A DNA stretch of 52,821 nt from the NCBI GenBank assembly GCA_032718475.1, contig JAUCBJ010008698.1, forward strand, positions 1 through 52,821, given 5' to 3'. The notes under the pieces are model-generated. The model saw only the letters and a list, made by a program, of their open reading frames with translations. It had not been told where the DNA came from and did not search any database. Each line of letters starts with the position of its first letter. The first letter of the stretch is position 1. The position numbers were made by a program, and so were the translations under genes. The stretch is from Nemertoderma westbladi (Eukaryota; Animalia; Xenacoelomorpha). Positions 1 through 11,527 of the stretch are shown here, one piece after another.

Positions 1-1605
1 GACAGAACAGTATTAAGCTGTATTTAATGCTTACACTGCAATACAATATAAACTGTTACTGTTCGCGCTTTTGAAGACCTTTAGCAGTTTAACCTGCCAA
101 ATTTTATATGTCTTTTAGTTAATTAAAACCACTTTAGCATACGACAATAATTTATGCTAATACGCAAAACATTAGCCGAAATCAGCCCATGCGCGATCAT
201 TCACCCGATGGATCTACACCCGGGAGACTGAATTCGGATGCTTGAATTGTATTATTACAGTGTAAGGTTGCAGTGTAAACTTACTGTATTATTCGATAGA
301 TCGTTAATAATTAATCTCTGACAGGTATTATTGGCTTTCGGGAAATATTAACAGTTCCTTTAGGACGTGGCGCTTTATCTATTTAAACAGAACTATGACT
401 TATACTAAACGCAACGATACTGCTTGGGATTGAAGTATAAAGCGTATTCTTTAGGAAATACTTTGTTACCAATCACAATCATACACACTATTCTGCCGAC
501 AGTCAGTACATTTGATCACACATAAAGAGAGCAGTAATTGACTCACGTAGGGTCTGCTAAATAACATTGGATTCAATACACACCACATTAATATAAATCG
601 CAATTGTTATATATAGCCGGTCTCTCTAACCTGTAGTGTTATCAAGAAAATTGGGAATTGGGTGATTTATCCGTATTATCCAAATAGCAATATTTCCATC
701 AACAAATATTTACAATTAATAACTGACGGTAAAATAACAGTACAAACAATATGATTAATGCAATTAAAAGTATCAAGGTGAGATGAGTGATTTAAGTCAG
801 TGAGTTCGTTTCGTTAGGTAACAGTTTATACTTTCGATAATTCAAGCAGTTTACGGTACAGCAGTATCTATCCAAAAATGCCGGTGTTTCTGGCTTAGAC
901 AGCAATAACAACAAAGTATCAAGAAAAAACAGTAAGACTGAACACTCTCCTTATGATCGGCAGGAAAGCTACACGTCGACAGGAAAAACCGCCCTGATTG
1001 GCCCAAGCCAAACAAAGAACCACGCGTCCAATGGCTGTTTCCATGTCAGCAACCAGCTGCTAGATGTCGTAATATGAATCATCACGGCTAAGCTGTGAAA
1101 GGTGGTTGGTGCATTACAAGTTTTTTGTCTTACCATGTCCGCTAAAACACGTATATAGCAGAATGATTTTTATGTCCGTTAAAACACCTGTAAAGGTACC
1201 TTGCGGGCGAGGGGAATATATATACAGTTAGGAAACCCTTTTTAGAGTATTCCAGCGCCTGGGGGGGAACTGGCCAGCAAAGGCAAACGTATCAGTTATC
1301 CCACAAAAGCTTTTACACCCATAATGGTCCCTATCTGCAGCACTGAGCTCCTTATTACAACAGCTGATCTCTGATTGGTTCTTAATTCAGGTTGAATTAC
1401 ATTGTCAGTGCCGAGACTGTATGGGGTTTGTAAATATGCGTACCGGAACCCAATGCTGCAATGCGTTGCCGGAACCCAATTGTGCCAAATGTTATTTTGA
1501 TTAGTGAAAATTTGATGAGTAGAGATTAGTTTACATGTTTTTATTATAATACTTATAAAATTCATGTAAAATTATGTTATCCATCATATTTATGATTTTA
1601 CGGCA

Positions 1606-1847
1606 ACGGCGATGTACTGTAGGGGTTGGGCACAGTGGCAGCATATGACGACATTGACAGATGGGAGGCCATGAGGATGTAGATTGCGGACATACAAGGT
1701 ATCAGATAGTATTTCCAGGTCTATCGTTTACCTGAGCCGCTAGCTGAATGGTTAGAGCGTCAGACTTCCAACCCGGAGGTCACCAGTTCGATCCTACCTG
1801 GATGTCCTTGCCGACTTTGCAAAAGCAGTGCCCAACAAAAAGTTATG
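1606..1847 (+). repeat. Dispersed repeat with internal tRNA-like (Pol III A/B box) segment, copy 1
   Basis: TAGCTGAATGGTTAGAGCG (A box) and AGTTCGATCC (B box) within 1734-1806; acceptor and anticodon stems do not pair; near-identical copies at 8768-9007 (-) and 9225-9420 (+). Confidence 0.75.
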
Positions 1848-2500
1848 ATAATATTTATATCATTGAAGTGTGTTATTATTGTATTATTGTAAAAAAAATT
1901 GTTAAATGAAGTTTGCCTAAAGATATGCGATGAGCGATGCATGCATGGTATGGTATTGTATTCAATGTACGATGGTGATGGTACAGTATGATTACAGGAT
2001 TAGCCAATCTCATAATGCATGAGTCTTTGCCAGGCCATACCTACTGTACTGTAGTTAGGCCTACCCTAAGAACGCCAGTTGTGCAATTGTGATACTTTAT
2101 TATACCAAGAAATAAATGGGTGAAAAAGTGAGAATGTGGAAAGATGGGAACGTGGGAAGATGCAAGATGGGAATGTGGAAACAAGGGAATGTGGGGACGT
2201 ACGAATATGAGAGTGTGGGAAGTGGGTAGGTGGGTGGTAATTGAAAATGTGGAGAGATGGGTAGACGTAGAAATATTGAAAGATGGACGGAAATGAGCGA
2301 GGAGGGGTGAATATGTGGGAAAATATGAGTTTGGGGAGATGGTAACGTGGGAAGATAGGAATGTGATAATGTACGAAGATGAGATTGTAGAAAATGGGAA
2401 GGTGGATGGGAATGCAGAAAGAACAGTAGGAATGAGGGAAGATTCACTAATGTTGGAAGCCAGGGGTCTATTTCCCTCAAAACTAACAAAATAATATGAG

Positions 2501-2538
2501 TTTCTATCGATTTCTGCCCTAAGGCCTTCTTCAGGAAA
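2501..2538 (-). ncRNA. Minimal type I hammerhead ribozyme motif
   Basis: Exact reverse complement of 2623-2660. Confidence 0.6.
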
Positions 2539-2622
2539 ATGTATGTTAATAAAATAATAAAATAGCTACTGCATATTTTATTATAGTATTGTATACCATT
2601 TTATTATTCTATTAACATACAT

Positions 2623-2660
2623 TTTCCTGAAGAAGGCCTTAGGGCAGAAATCGATAGAAA
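2623..2660 (+). ncRNA. Minimal type I hammerhead ribozyme motif
   Basis: TTTC-CTGAAGA-AGGCC-TTAG-GGCA-GAAA-TCGATA-GAAA: CUGANGA and GAAA cores, stem I TTTC/GAAA, stem II GCC/GGC, palindromic minimal stem III ATCGAT, AUA cleavage triplet. Confidence 0.6.
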
Positions 2661-2933
2661 CTCATATTATTTTGTTAGTTTCGAGGGAGATAGACCCCTG
2701 GCTTCCAACATTAGTGAATTTATGATGAACAACTAACTCCCTAACGACGGTGTGTCGGCACATTAGATACTTTAATGAGGGAAGATGCGTGAAAATGTCG
2801 GAAGGTGGGAATGTGAGAAGTTGGAAAGATGGATGGGAATGTGGGAAGATGGGATTGTGTGAAAATCGATTGTGGATGGATAGGATTGTGAGAACAAAGG
2901 ATTGTTGAAGGAGTGAAATGTGGGAATATGGGA

Positions 2934-3033
2934 ATGTGGGGCGAGCCACGAAGTTGGCGGAGCCTTAGCGAATTGACACTGTTAGGGGGTGGGTCAATTT
3001 ATGCAAATAGTTGTCGTCGTCGTCGTCGTCGTT

Positions 3034-3075
<42 letters not shown>

Positions 3076-3480
3076 GTTGTCGTCGTCGTTGTCGTCGTCG
3101 TCGTCGTTACGATTTTGACATGCTAATAACTTTGTCGGATTTAAAGCTGCCAAGTTGAAAATTTGTAGGTATCAATATGAGCAAAAGTTGAGATTTTTGA
3201 GAGACTTTCAGACACCATCAGTGCAATGGTCTCCCGCTAGAGGGCCACATGTCTAAACATTAAATGCCCTCCCATTTCTTTGCTTTTAATCCGTTTAAGC
3301 TGAAACTTGGCAGATATGTATTAGACCATTAGCTGTGACTTTCAAAGGAGGCGAATCCATCTGCAGTTCTCCAGTCTGCCGCTAGAGGGCCAACGTGACT
3401 ATTTGCATAAATTGACCTACCCCCTAACAGTGTCAATTCGCTAAGGCTCTGCCAACTTCGTGCTGCGCGAAGTCCCCACT
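2934..3480. mobile_element. Non-autonomous DNA element with ~70-bp terminal inverted repeats and internal (GTC)n
   Basis: CACGAAGTTGGCGGAGCCTTAGCGAATTGACACTGTTAGGGGGTGGGTCAATTTATGCAAATAGT on the left is inverted at ~3398-3462; related ends at 24889-24930 (-) and 31839-31878. Confidence 0.7.
3010..3107. repeat. (GTC)n microsatellite with GTT interruptions
   Basis: Directly visible; explains the poly-R and poly-D ORFs. Confidence 0.95.
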
Positions 3481-4024
3481 TCGTGTAGAGTATATAGATG
3501 GATGGGGATGTGGGAAGTCGGATGGCAATTTGAAAAGATTAATTGTGATAAGATGAATTGGAATGTACGAATGCGGAGAAGTTGATGGAATGTGGCAAGA
3601 TGTGTAGGAGGATGGAACATTGCTGCTTGATGGATAGCTTTAGAAAATAAAGCCAATGATGTAACCTGTTCCTTTCCCTTAATTGGCAACGACAATTTTT
3701 GTTAATGTTAGAAAACCCCGTCTCTGTAACCTGCACCTTTCCGTAATCTACTGTATGATGAAATGTTAGTTCGGTTACTGGCATACACATATGTAGGCCT
3801 ACACACTGGACATTAGAGTAGCGTTTCCTAATATAAATATCAGTAAAAAATGTACTGTTGTGAAAAATTGATTTATATCATTGTGTGAAAAGTATCACTT
3901 TCCAGCGCTATAACCCGTATGTGTTTATGTAGCCTACAGAGCGAGTGAGGCGCTGGACCTTTACATAAATAAACAAGTGTCTTAACTCGAATTACTCTTC
4001 ATTCAATTATGCATGCAATATACT

Positions 4025-4388
4025 ACAACTACTAGGATCGGCATGCTGCATTGCAGCTGCATTTTTAAGAATGCTGTGCCGGCTTATCGACAAAATTGCA
4101 CGCCACAACTCCCTATCACCCATGCATTTACTAGATCATCCGCATCTTCAAGGCCAGTGTCCTTTAAGATGCGTCTCAAGAAAGTCATGGGCTGTCCACC
4201 ATGCTTATTCACTCCATGAGGCTGCCAAAGTACAAGATTATGCACTGGCTGGTCCTCACGGCGAAAGCAATGTCCTGCAAAGCGGAGGCGATTTTGTTCT
4301 AGTGTCAAGTTTGGGGGAACCTATGAGACACCTCCAATGTTATATAGTGTCTGGTTGGAGATGTGTGCATTGTACTTGACACAATGAT
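4025..4388 (-). mobile_element. 5'-truncated RTE-like LINE 3' end
   Basis: Encodes RLRFAGHCFRR...LVLWQP (RTE-type ORF C-terminus); AGT-type tail; 15-bp TSD TGCATGCAATATACT (4010-4024, 4389-4403); nearly identical to 34704-35122. Confidence 0.85.
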
Positions 4389-6675
4389 TGCATGCAATAT
4401 ACTGTATTATGTCAACTTATCGGGGTTCGAACGCCGAATCAAACATTCTGATAATCGTATTCATATCCATTTATGCCGCTAATTGCAGTTGATACTGTAC
4501 AACAAAAGTATGCGGTAAACATACATTGGCTATCATATGGAGAATACTCAAGCATGTTCCAAAATTCGAATTTTTCTAAGTAATTGATTGATTCTTTGCA
4601 GCGTTCCAACGTAGGCCTTATTGCAGATACAACCAGAGCGCTGTTGAGTTATATAATTTAACAAAAATATACTTTATGGCGAAAACAATCAGCTAGTTAA
4701 ATGGTATTAAGCATGGAGTACTAGAAAGTTATTTTTACTTACTGTATTTATTTTATTATGGTGGGGTTAATTTGGTGACTGGGGAACGAACTGATTGGCA
4801 ATAGTGGGTTTTATCATGGAGTTCTAAGAAACTTATTTATACCTGGATTAGAAACTAATTTTTGCTTAGGAGAGTAGGGTAACCCCATCGTTTATTGCTT
4901 TGGTTAGAGAACCTATGTAATTGCACATGCAGATATCCCTTTAAATGGCAACAACATCGTATATATCTTATTTTCTAACCAAAACAATATATTGTTTTGG
5001 TTAGAAAACCCCACGTCTGTACCGGGGTCCTTCCAAACTTTGACTCGTTTTGGCTTTCCTAGGCACTCAGAGAATGTTCACATGGGCGGCTTTTTCTAAC
5101 GCCAGCCGATAATTAGTAGCGAATTGTGGAGAAGGAAATAAATTTTCGATTGATTAAAAGTTATCCCAGGGTCTTTCAAAGAGGATTAGCAAGTAACGGG
5201 AAATATGGTGGGGTGTTTTTTATACTGTATGTTTATCCTATTTGGTTCTGAAAAAAACTAGTCAGTAACAATGATTTGTAATGCTGTACATAAGCTACAG
5301 TAATAATTTTTATAACACTTCGAATGTTTTTTTTGGTATGGATATATTATAGCCTAGTCCAATACTTGTAAAATGCCAAAATTTTACTAAACTATTGTAT
5401 AATTAGTACACTTTTCCGAAAAACCAATCCCAGATGTGTAATACTGTATGATGATGCTATGAAATAATAATAGAAGACGAATCCACGCCTTTATTTTGAA
5501 GTTCGTGGAAAAGGCCGAAGAAGAGCTAATTCAGTAAACAGTACATTACCAGTATTTATTACAATAGTCATAATTTCTACCAAAATTCTAAGAAGCTTTG
5601 ATTGGCAACCGACAGTTACTTAGCAACCTTGGTAATCATCAATGATCCATTACGAGATTGATTTTCAGGTATTACTATGGGTTACAGTACAGTGTGGGCA
5701 ATGCGTGGCACTGTGCAGCTGTGGCAGTGTGCGGTAAATGTGATGCGGTACCGCTAGCGGTAATAAAAATAGGCATGAAATGTAGAGCAGTAGGGGTAGC
5801 GGGTGTATGCCTACGATATCGCAATCGTACTGATTTATGTAACAAACACTACGCCTACATAACGTACCCACTGTTGTGGAAGTAATAATGTACAGTACAG
5901 CAGTAGTACAGTACAGCAGTAGTGCAGTACAGCAGTAGTAATAAAGTTACCTCTAGGAGGGATTACTTCCGGATCTAAAACGGATCTATTGATCTATAGA
6001 CTATATGCCTACATAATCCGAACTCAGACGAAACCAATACTGATTGCCGGTACCGGTTTAGCTTGTTTACTTTATTATTTTATTCGCTAATAATCTATGG
6101 TAGTTACAGAGTTAGTTACATTGCAGCATAGCATTGCTTGTTGCACTTTGTACCGGTACGACACGTGGCTTGTGTCTACCACTACCGGCCAGCCGGTATG
6201 TCAAGGAGTCGAGTGCGTCTGGTCTGTGCGTTGTAACTACGGATATTTGTTGTATTGATTGGCTGGCCTAAATACAGTAATACTGCTTTTGTGTTAAATT
6301 GAAGCAGTAAATGAGGCTAGATAAAGATAACGTATTATTATGGTATTACCACAATCTGACAATACGAAAGTTATCGAATTGTTTAGTTCATGTAGTTACA
6401 TATTGCCTAGCTTCCGTGTCCGTCTAAACACTACACTAACAGACTAATCAGATCCCCTAACCTAAGGTTACAGGTTAGGTTCACATATTATAGGCCTACC
6501 AACCCTACACCTACATCCATATTGTTAATGATTAATATTTTAGGGTTAAGAACTACATAAAAGCCTGTAACTCTTACTGAATCAACATATACTGTTATGC
6601 GCTTTTCACATCAGGACCAGCATACTGTCGTCATAGAGACTACACTGCACTACAACGAATCGAATCGGTTAAACA

Positions 6676-6910
6676 ATGATATTTCGGTTGGATCCTTGTG
6701 GAATAACTTGTATTGTAATAACATATTTGTCGGTGATATACGCTGATTATGTCGTTATCGAATATATGATCGATCCATGGAGTGGTACCTTCATATCACC
6801 GTTGGTTGTTATTATCTTTAATATCAGCCTCCTTATGCTCGCGATATCGCACTTCCGAGCTGTCACTGGCGATCCGGGAATTGTTCCTTATCCAACAACT
6901 GATATATCAG
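6676..6910 (+). CDS. ZDHHC3: ZDHHC3/7-like palmitoyltransferase, coding exon 1
   Basis: MIFRLDPCGITC..YADYVV..SHFRAVTGDPGIVP: DPCG N-terminus, two TM helices, DPG motif; phase-1 donor G|GTTAG; possible upstream acceptor at 6614. Exact paralog assignment uncertain. Confidence 0.9.
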
Positions 6911-7439
6911 GTTAGAAGATGAATCAGTAACTTATTTTACTTTATATAATTTACAAAGACCTATGCATTTAAAGCCATGCGTTGCGTTGTTGTAGCCTAT
7001 TGACACCAGTTGTTATGAAAATTTGTAGAAACTGTAAACTAAACTGTACTATCGGACATTTTATTCTAGAGTAAGCTGTATAAAACGATATAATCATGCA
7101 TTTTTGTCTTTTCCTGAGAATACAACTTCTCCGTCGTAAATTATTTCGCCCATGTGAAGAATACCAGGATTTCACTTTTCGGTCGACTTTTTATTGGAAT
7201 TTTATATATGAAGATTTTTATTTTTTTTTAATTTATCTTTATTAAGTGTTTTATAGCGGTCATTTCTGTCTTATAACCTGTACATATACTAATGCGTCTA
7301 TTGTTTTGGGTAGATTCAACCCTTCTGTAACCTGTGTTTTTGGTGAAAACCTGGTATTCTTCACATGGGGGTAACTGCAAAGTGAAATATAACGGCAGAA
7401 AGTCTGGTATTCTTCACATGGGCCAATTTTTATCTTTAG

Positions 7440-7629
7440 AGACAGGGGGGGGGGGGGGGGGGGGGGGGGACTGGACGCAAAACCCGCCTTGGCGAATTAA
7501 TATCCCGCCTCAATGTTAAATTCTCAATTTAGCGAAAGGAGCATAATCAGCTGTTATTTGCGTCCAATTTCCCCTGGAGAGGGATGAATTTTTATTGCGT
7601 CCAGTTCCCCCCCCCCCCCCCCCCCCCCC
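7440..7629. repeat. MITE-like repeat with G/C homopolymer ends
   Basis: GGGG(A)ACTGGACGCAA inverted ends; inverted copy at 9897-10116. Confidence 0.6.
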
Positions 7630-8767
7630 ATCTGTATCTTTAACAACTAGAACAAAATAATCACGATGTATGAAAAGGTCAAGAATAACTGTTTATCGTC
7701 AATAATTATTTCAACAGTTTTCATAGCGTAGGAATTTAAATGATGCCATAAAGCTATAAAAACTGATTATATCGTTAAGTACAGGACTTCAAGGCGTTGC
7801 AGGAGTTTATTCTACTGTATAGAACAATAACGATTCACCCCTAGTTCCTAACTGTAAAGTTCAACTCAGCCGCCTAAAGCTACAGTAAGTGTACAAGTGT
7901 TACATGTTACAAACACCTACGTTAATACCTGGAGCTCATAATGGCCTGAATTAATAATAGCAATTGCTATAGTTATGTAGCATTTACTAGGTAAGTCAAG
8001 CAAATCAAATTGTATTTGCGTTTGATAATTTCAGTTTTCTATATAGTAAAAGGTATTGTTTTTACGCCAATCCTAATACTGTAGCAATCGCTAGTTTTTT
8101 ATTTATATATGGATGCATGAAAATTGTTTGAAACTTCACAAGCAAAAGCAATAATAATTGCTAGTTTTTATTAATTCCTAATTCGGCCCAATGTTTCATG
8201 TTGCAAGTAAGTGATGTTAGACGCGTTTTACTATATACGCGTTTAAAGGCATGGGAACTAATGTTTTTTAAAATCTTTTCAACGCCGTGTAAAAATGTAA
8301 CACGTGGTCCGTTGTGTTCGAACTATTATATGTAAAAATGTATATTGATTTGATACTAACAGATACATATGAGACTAGTAAACCTGCCTTTTTTGGCACA
8401 CCCTTTCCATTCTCGCGGACGCTCTTGTTTCCTAAATCCTAGCACACATGCTGCATTCAAATGTATGGATAATAATAATAATTGTGGATATTACTTTAGC
8501 GTTTAAACAGGATCCGACTTTTAGGGGTTTCAGGGTTCATTATCTCCATTTTCGAGATCGGGATTTCCATTGATAATACTGTTATTTAAGTTTTTAATAC
8601 AATTTCAGTATAGACCAGTCATAGGTAGATTGTATCTAGATTATGGCATGGTTTTCTATTTTAATAAAAAAAAAGTAAAAGTAAAGTTTTGTTTAGCCGT
8701 TAGGCCAGGGAGTACGCACAAAGTATAGCGACTTATTTACAGTACGGTCCTCCCAAAACTATACTCA

Positions 8768-9007
8768 CAACTTTTTGTTGGGCGCAGCTTTTGCAAAGTC
8801 GGCAATGACGTCCAGGTGAGATCGAACTGGTGACCTCTGAGTTGGAAGTCTGACGCTCTAACCATTCAGCTTGCGGCTCAGGTAAAAGATAGACCTGGAA
8901 ATACTACCTGATACCGTGTATGTCCGCAATTTACCTCCTCATGGCCTCCCATCTGTCAATACCATCATATGCTGCCGCTGTGCTCAACCCTACAGTACTT
9001 GGCCGCC
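8768..9007 (-). repeat. tRNA-like-containing dispersed repeat, copy 2
   Basis: Reverse complement of 1606-1847. Confidence 0.75.
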
Positions 9008-9127
9008 TTTAACCACTCGCTACAATGAAAGGGTAGTGTATTAACCATGAACCACTCACGGCCACAATGATTAATTATACACTCTAGCTCTAATTTAGGT
9101 AGGACAGTTACACCCAGAGAGAATTGC

Positions 9128-9472
9128 GACCAGTATATTTATAGTTCATTATTGGTGTTATGGGTGAATGAGGGGTTTCATATTATTATAACTTTTTGTT
9201 GGGCACAGCTTTTGCAAAGTCGGTATTGACAGATGTGAGGCCATGAGGAGGTAAATTGCGGACATACAAGGTATCAGATAGTATTTCCAGGTCTATCTTT
9301 TACCTGAGCCGCTAGCTGAATGGTTAGAGCGTCAGACTTCCTAACTCGGAGGTCACCAGTTCGATCCCACCTGGACGTCATTGCCGACTTTGCAAAAGCT
9401 GCGCCCAACAAAAAGTTGTAATAATATGAAACAACTCATTCATCCATAACACCAATAAAAACTATACTCGTC
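9128..9472 (+). repeat. tRNA-like-containing repeat, copy 3, enclosed by ~85-95-bp inverted repeats
   Basis: ~9140-9222 is the reverse complement of ~9383-9466; tRNA-like segment ~9305-9380 lies between. Confidence 0.75.
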
Positions 9473-9896
9473 AGAGGAAAGTCGAGTACTTACTTACGTA
9501 TTTACCCATTTAACGATAAAAACATTCATGAAAGCAAAAACATTCAACCTTGCGTACTGGTAAACTACCCGTTGACAGCTAGTTTGGACCCAATGGTTAG
9601 TCTAGCGGTACTGAAACGGTAAGCCAGTGGTACGTACACTACCCGGAGCGCGTTCACACTCAACGGAAGCGTTGCCGTAACTGTTGGTCCATCTGTTCAC
9701 AGTTAATTCAACAGTCTAGACAATCATTTTATTGACAGTATTTCAATGGGGAGCGGTAAACCGCGCGGTGTACCGCACAACTACATGTTGGATCGATCAC
9801 AGTTAACCAATCATTTACCGCTCAGACACCGCTCGCTTACCGCTGGATCGTTCACACACAACGGTGTGCCGCTGGCCCTGTGGTACACCGCGCTGT

Positions 9897-10116
9897 GGGG
9901 AACTGGACGCAATAAAAATTCATCCCTCTCCAGGGGAAATTCGACGCAAATAACAGCTGATTACTCTCTAAAATAAAACTGTAACCTGTTCTATAGTGTT
10001 TAGTTTATTGTTTTGGTTAAAATAACGTGCCACTGTAACCTGCTCATTGCCATAAATTGATAATTTATCATTGAGGCGGGATATTAATTCGCCAAGCCCC
10101 CCCCCCCCCCTGTCTC
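9897..10116. repeat. Inverted copy of the 7440-7629 repeat
   Basis: GGAACTGGACGCAATAAAAATTCATCCCTCTCCAGGGG and CATTGAGGCGGGATATTAATTCGCCAAG match the reverse complement of the first copy. Confidence 0.6.
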
Positions 10117-11527
10117 GAAAATATATACGTAGGAGAAGAAAATCTCAAACAAATAAATCTAATAAAATACATTAGTGCGGTTATGGAGTATAAAGCGACA
10201 TGGAAGAGAACATTTTCATATGAGAACGTTACAGCCCCTTTACTACATTCTGATACACCCATTCAGTATTGCTTACTACTAGTATGGGGGGAGTGCAAAA
10301 AAGACCCAAAAAATAGAATTGAAGTAAATAAAGCATTATGATGTCACGTTTTCAGATAATCAAAGGCACTCATTTCACAATTATGAAGAGCTAAAAAATT
10401 TACATATCCAACACTTATATTGCCTCCAAACTGGTTTGTTTAAGCACAATGTATTTTAATATTTATAATTAATTACAACTCTTCAGAATTATCTAACTAT
10501 TTCACGCCATCCCAAAATATCCATTCGTATAAAACAAGGTCAGCCCAGAAAAATTTTTTTCTAAAACGCAAGAATCTTCAGAATGCAAGAATCGCAAGGG
10601 TCACTAGAATATCGCGGAGCTCAGCTGTGGAACAATTTACCCCAAAATCTAACTCAAATAAAATCAGGAAACTTATTTAAAAAAAACTAAAGATTTTTCT
10701 TTCCGAGCAGGAAAAACTAAATCTCATTATAGTCAAGGACAGTAATTCCCAATACGTGTGTATACGCGTATTCGTAATAGCGTATTCGCTTTGGTACGGT
10801 GGTGGGTTATATGCTTCAGTATGTGTGTGGCTATAATCTTCATATTTCATCACTAGGGGGCGTCCGCCACTTTACTCGCCCTGCCAATTGCTGGTGTCCC
10901 GCTCATCTAGAAAATTTAATTTCCTTAAAGGTTTATTATTATGCAATACTATTTTATGGAAGAGCTAATAAAAATATATCTAATCTAATAATTTGGTGTG
11001 AAATATCTAGCAGCCAATATGATAAATACCTCTCATATTTTCGGTTAAAGTGTCTGCAATAAGATTCCAGATATTTTTGAAACTCAATTTCAACTCAAAC
11101 GAAATTGCAATTACTTTGATAGATATTTGAAATTGATATCTTAATATGCTGAAAAACTGAGCAGTTTACCAAGTGTGTCCCTACGAAATTCGCGAGTTGA
11201 ATAGTATATATTTGAGAGCGAAATGCCTGAAGGTGCAGAGATTTTCCATTTCCCTTGTTTATGATCTGCTAAATCTTAAAATTTGACAGCTATATAGTAA
11301 ACCACAGTCCGCGTTTCTTTTGTCTCTAATCAACCTGCAGTCTGCCGCTAGAAGGTTTGATTCTATCGTTTAAAAATAGCAGAGCTATGAGCCTTCGAAA
11401 GTTGCATGAATTTGAATCGAGCCGCGAGGTTATTTATTTAATTCATTAGATTAATTTATTAAATTATATATAAATACACAAAGTTCTGGTACATTATATT
11501 TATCGTCAAATTAGGGGTGGGTGGTGT

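Larger units (their letters stand above)
2444..2773. mobile_element. Non-autonomous Penelope-like insertion with inverted (palindromic) pLTR
   Basis: Near-perfect inverted repeat spanning 2442-2719; flanked by 13-bp direct repeat AATGAGGGAAGAT (2431-2443, 2774-2786); each arm has a hammerhead core. Confidence 0.7.
2120..2933. repeat. Purine-rich low-complexity degenerate repeat (GGGAATGTG/GGAAGATG units)
   Basis: Recurrent GGAATGTG/GAAGATGG words; resumes at ~3495-3630; interrupted by younger insertions. Confidence 0.7.

Noticed and set aside
1-1500. LTR or DIRS-type remnant
   Set aside because: Only short degenerate inverted matches and ambiguous TAACA-TTGG junctions; no paired LTRs or coding evidence.
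1734-1806. Functional tRNA gene (TCC at the anticodon position)
   Set aside because: Acceptor, anticodon and T stems fail to pair; embedded in a multi-copy repeat.
2100-2949. Pro/His/Phe-rich minus-strand ORFs
   Set aside because: Products of purine-rich low-complexity DNA.
2913-3158. Protamine-like poly-Arg and poly-Asp ORFs
   Set aside because: Translations of the (GTC)n microsatellite.
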